DNA of 8,710 nucleotides from Fonticula alba ATCC 38817 (lineage: Eukaryota > Protista > Nucleariida), in assembly GCA_000388065.2 (NCBI GenBank), contig KB932206.1; one strand, given 5' to 3'. The notes beneath the pieces were generated by a model. The model had not been told where the DNA came from. It saw nothing but the letters and a program-made list of their open reading frames with translations, and did not search any database. Shown here piece after piece: positions 6,526-8,710 of this stretch (within the stretch, counting starts at the first letter, position 1; the number at the start of each line of letters is the position of its first letter). The position numbers were made by a program, and so were the translations under genes.

Positions 6526-7545
6526 CCTTTCTCTCTCTCCCCTCTTCGACCCCAGCCGCGGGTATGTTCTCGAGGTCTTCAACGGGCGCTTCGACCTGCC
6601 GGACCTCGGTCCGATCGGTGCCAACGGCCTGGCCAACCCCCGGGACTTCGAGTACCCGATGGCCCACTACGACCAGGATGCCGCCACCAATGTCGCCGCG
6701 CCTGGGCCGGATGGCGCCCCGACCGACGAGTGGTGGCGCGTGGTCACCAAGTTCCAGGGGAAGCTCTTCTCCGCGGCGCAGCCCTTCACCCCGTACGATG
6801 TGGTCGCCTGGCACGGCAACTATGCCCCGTACAAGTATGACCTGGCCAACTTCATGGTCATCAACACGGTCAGCTTCGATCATTGTGTACGTTGCTCTTG
6901 TCTGTTGGATTGCTTGGCCGCCGGTGCCCGGCCCCGGGGCACCGGCTGCCGGCCGCCAGCCCGCTCGTTTGGTGTGCATGCGTGTGCATGTGCTCGCTCC
7001 CACTCACCTGCGACATGTCCGGCCCTTGCCCTCGCACCCACGCACCCACGCACCCACACGCGCAGGATCCCTCCATTTTCACCGTGCTCACTTGCCGGAG
7101 CCTGGAGCCCGGTGTTGCTGTGGCCGATTTCGTCATCTTCCCCCCGCGGTGGGGTGTTGCCGACCACACCTTCCGGCCGCCGTACTACCACCGGAACTGC
7201 ATGTCCGAGTTCATGGGCCTCATCAATGGCGCGTACGAGGCCAAGGCCGGCGGCGAGGAGGACGGCTTCGCCCCGGGTGGCGCGTCCCTGCACAACACCA
7301 TGACCCCCCATGGCCCGGACCGCAACACGTTCATCGCCGCCAGCGATGAGAAGCTCCAGCCCCGGCGTATCGCCGACGGCACCCAGGCCTTCATGTTCGA
7401 GACGCACTTCATGCTCAGCCCCACTCGCTGGGCGCTGGAGCGCTCGGGCGTCGTTCAGCCCCGGTATGTGAGCTGCTGGGAGAACATGCCGGTGCGCTTC
7501 AACCCCGATGGGCTGGAGGCCATCCGCGAGGACTCCTCCGCCTAA
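5436..7545 (+). CDS. HGD: Homogentisate 1,2-dioxygenase (tyrosine catabolism). Exons 5436-5512, 5622-6121, 6281-6401, 6556-6886, 7066-7545; 502 aa from the first ATG (in-frame alternatives at 5457 and 5469)
   Basis: Spliced product contains [145 protein letters not shown] and [14 protein letters not shown]. Fe(II) ligands equivalent to human H335/E341/H371 are at 7189, 7207 and 7309. Exon total is 1509 nt, ending in TAA. Confidence 0.97.
5513..5621 (+). other. HGD intron 1 (109 nt, phase 2)
   Basis: GTGCGT donor, CTAAC 5595-5599, CCGCAG acceptor; restores the frame into the HGD core. Confidence 0.85.
6122..6280 (+). other. HGD intron 2 (159 nt, phase 1)
   Basis: GTGCGA...GCGCAG; removal restores the conserved GDFLIVPQ. 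Confidence 0.95.
6402..6555 (+). other. HGD intron 3 (154 nt, phase 2)
   Basis: GTACGT...(CT)11...CCCCAG; removal restores the conserved ARGYVLEVF. Confidence 0.93.
6499..6520. repeat. (CT)11 microsatellite in HGD intron 3
   Basis: Read directly. Confidence 0.9.
6887..7065 (+). other. HGD intron 4 (179 nt, phase 0)
   Basis: GTACGT...CGCAG; removal restores the conserved FDHC|DPSIFTVLT. Confidence 0.95.
7033..7056 (+). repeat. (CGCACCCA)3 tandem repeat near the 3' end of HGD intron 4
   Basis: Three exact 8-mers. A related CACGCACCCAC lies on the minus strand at 8230-8240, in the presumed intron of gene 3. Confidence 0.85.
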
Positions 7546-7894
7546 GGCAGGAGCCAGGCTGCCGAGCGCACAGCACATGGCCATCGGTCTCCCCTGTGTC
7601 GTGCTCCGACGTGCCCCCGGCGTCCTGGTTGGGCTGCACATTGTGCTGGTTCTCCTGGCACCGCGGGACTGCCCATGTCATTTCACCTCTCTCCACACGG
7701 GGCTCTTTGTGCCCTGGTGCACCTGCCTCAATCACATCCCATGGAATCACATCTTCTCGCCCCAAGGAGCAGGTCTATTTCTATCCTCAACAGAGGGGGG
7801 AGGGGGCGGGGAGGGGAACGCAAGGACGGGGGGAGGGAGGGGAGGGCGAAGAAAAGGAGAAGGCTTGGGGGGAGGGGGGGGGGGGGGAATGGCT

Positions 7895-8118
7895 CTACTC
7901 GGAAGGTGGCCCGGGCTCGGGGGGCGGCACCGGGTCCGAGTGGAGGCGCCGCTTGCGGCCGACCGAGTGCAATTGCCGGGCAAAGGCGTGCGGATCCTCG
8001 ACACCGGACGTGGTGACCGGACTCTGGGTATACATGTCCAGGATGGTGTCTTTGACGGCTTCGGAGTTGACTGTCCGCCGGAAGAGCCCCTCGCGGGAGT
8101 CCTGCGCAAAGTGAGGCA
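7895..8118 (-). CDS. Terminal coding exon of an unidentified gene convergent with HGD (xPHFAQDSREGLFRRTVNSEAVKDTILDMYTQSPVTTSGVEDPHAFARQLHSVGRKRRLHSDPVPPPEPGPPSE*), 5'-partial
   Basis: On the minus strand: branch point GCTAAC (8148-8153), pyrimidine-rich spacer, acceptor CGCAG (AG at 8120-8119), a GC3-rich open frame and stop TAG at 7897-7895. Upstream exons are not resolved (gap at 8220-8229). Confidence 0.6.
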
Positions 8119-8219
8119 CTGCGACGGGCGCGAAGGGGCCGCGAAGGGTTAGCACAGGAGCCAGGGATCGCGCTTGATGGGCAGGTCGGCGGAGTCCCGA
8201 GCCCGGGGGTGGGGGGGGG

Positions 8220-8229
8220 NNNNNNNNNN
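8220..8229. other. Assembly gap (10 N placeholder)
   Basis: N run directly after a G-run. Confidence 1.
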
Positions 8230-8296
8230 GTGGGTGCGTGAGGGCCAGGTGGATCGAGTGTGGTCTGTCTTTGCTCCCTCCGTCCTCTCTTTCCCT

Positions 8297-8336
8297 TGCC
8301 TGCCTGCCTGCCTGCCTGTCTGCCTGCCTGCCTACC
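8297..8336. repeat. (TGCC)n tetranucleotide microsatellite, 10 units with 2 variants
   Basis: Read directly. Confidence 0.9.
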
Positions 8337-8563
8337 TCCGTGTTCCCCCCTTGCTCTCGCCTCTCCGGCGTCCGCCACCTGCCTGGCCCAATGCACTTGT
8401 ATCTTCCCCTTTGCCCATCCTCTTGTGTTCCCTTGTCGTCCTCTGTGCCTCGCGATTGATCGCGTGAAAGGGGGCGGCAAGCGGCTTCCTCTTTCTTTCG
8501 CCCCTTTTTCGCGCCCGGTCCCGGGGGCGCCGCGGCGGACAGAGGGAGGGACCGCGGGCGTGC

Positions 8564-8565
<2 letters not shown>

Positions 8566-8596
<31 letters not shown>

Positions 8597-8626
8597 AAGG
8601 GAAGGGCGGCCCCCCCCCCCCCCCCC
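8566..8626. repeat. Two poly-C runs (C29 at 8566-8594, C17 at 8610-8626)
   Basis: Read directly. Confidence 0.95.
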
Positions 8627-8710
8627 GGCGTAAGCGTAATTCCGGAGGTCAACCCCCAGGCCCCGTGCGCGCCCGCGTGCGGCCCCCGCGTGCCAGCCCC
8701 GGAAATGACG

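Noticed and set aside
7033-7056. Short direct repeats and microsatellites as CRISPR or transposon termini
   Set aside because: Eukaryotic intronic simple repeats with no spacers, TIRs, target-site duplications or transposase.
6677-7263. HGD loop insertions (about 13 aa at 6677-6730; about 4 aa in AGGEED at 7246-7263 after YEAK)
   Set aside because: Both fall in loops that vary in length among HGDs and all catalytic residues are intact; the second is near the active-site lid but is too small to claim altered function without a model.
5436-8118. Possible tyrosine-catabolism gene cluster as in Aspergillus (hmgA/fahA/maiA/hppD)
   Set aside because: Neither neighbour resembles FAH, MAAI or HPPD.
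8336-8480. Candidate upstream exon of gene 3 using the minus-strand GTAGGC donor at 8335
   Set aside because: The frame would join, but the peptide is not protein-like, lacks an ATG and lies across an unresolved gap.
8699-8710. CCGGAAATGACG resembling a metazoan ETS-CRE composite site, or the ATG of a next gene
   Set aside because: Truncated by the window edge, and ETS factors are animal-specific; neither reading can be supported.

Overview
GC-rich, intron-containing eukaryotic DNA with two assembly gaps (N 4527-4686 and 8220-8229). Short GT-AG introns with CTRAC branch points, long poly-C/poly-G tracts and proteins bloated by low-complexity sequence are consistent with an opisthokont protist such as Fonticula; the taxon is an inference and cannot be confirmed here. 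Three genes are visible. (1) 61-4493 (+): the 3' part of a large spliced gene whose start lies upstream. It encodes a long Ser/Pro/Ala-rich region with a polybasic cluster and an acidic tract, a FYVE zinc finger with intact PI3P motifs, and a Rubicon-homology (RH/DUF4206, Rab7-binding family) domain. The RH zinc fingers are split by large insertions, one of which carries LIR-like motifs. (2) 5436-7545 (+): a complete five-exon homogentisate 1,2-dioxygenase (HGD) with intact Fe ligands and an N-terminal extension containing a near-copy of the c-Myc nuclear localisation signal. (3) 7895-8118 (-): the terminal exon of a convergent gene of unknown function with a fragmentary RhoGAP-like look. The most promising leads are the FYVE-RH-LIR adaptor architecture and the NLS-bearing HGD. 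Most ORFs in the supplied track are shadow frames or intron read-throughs.
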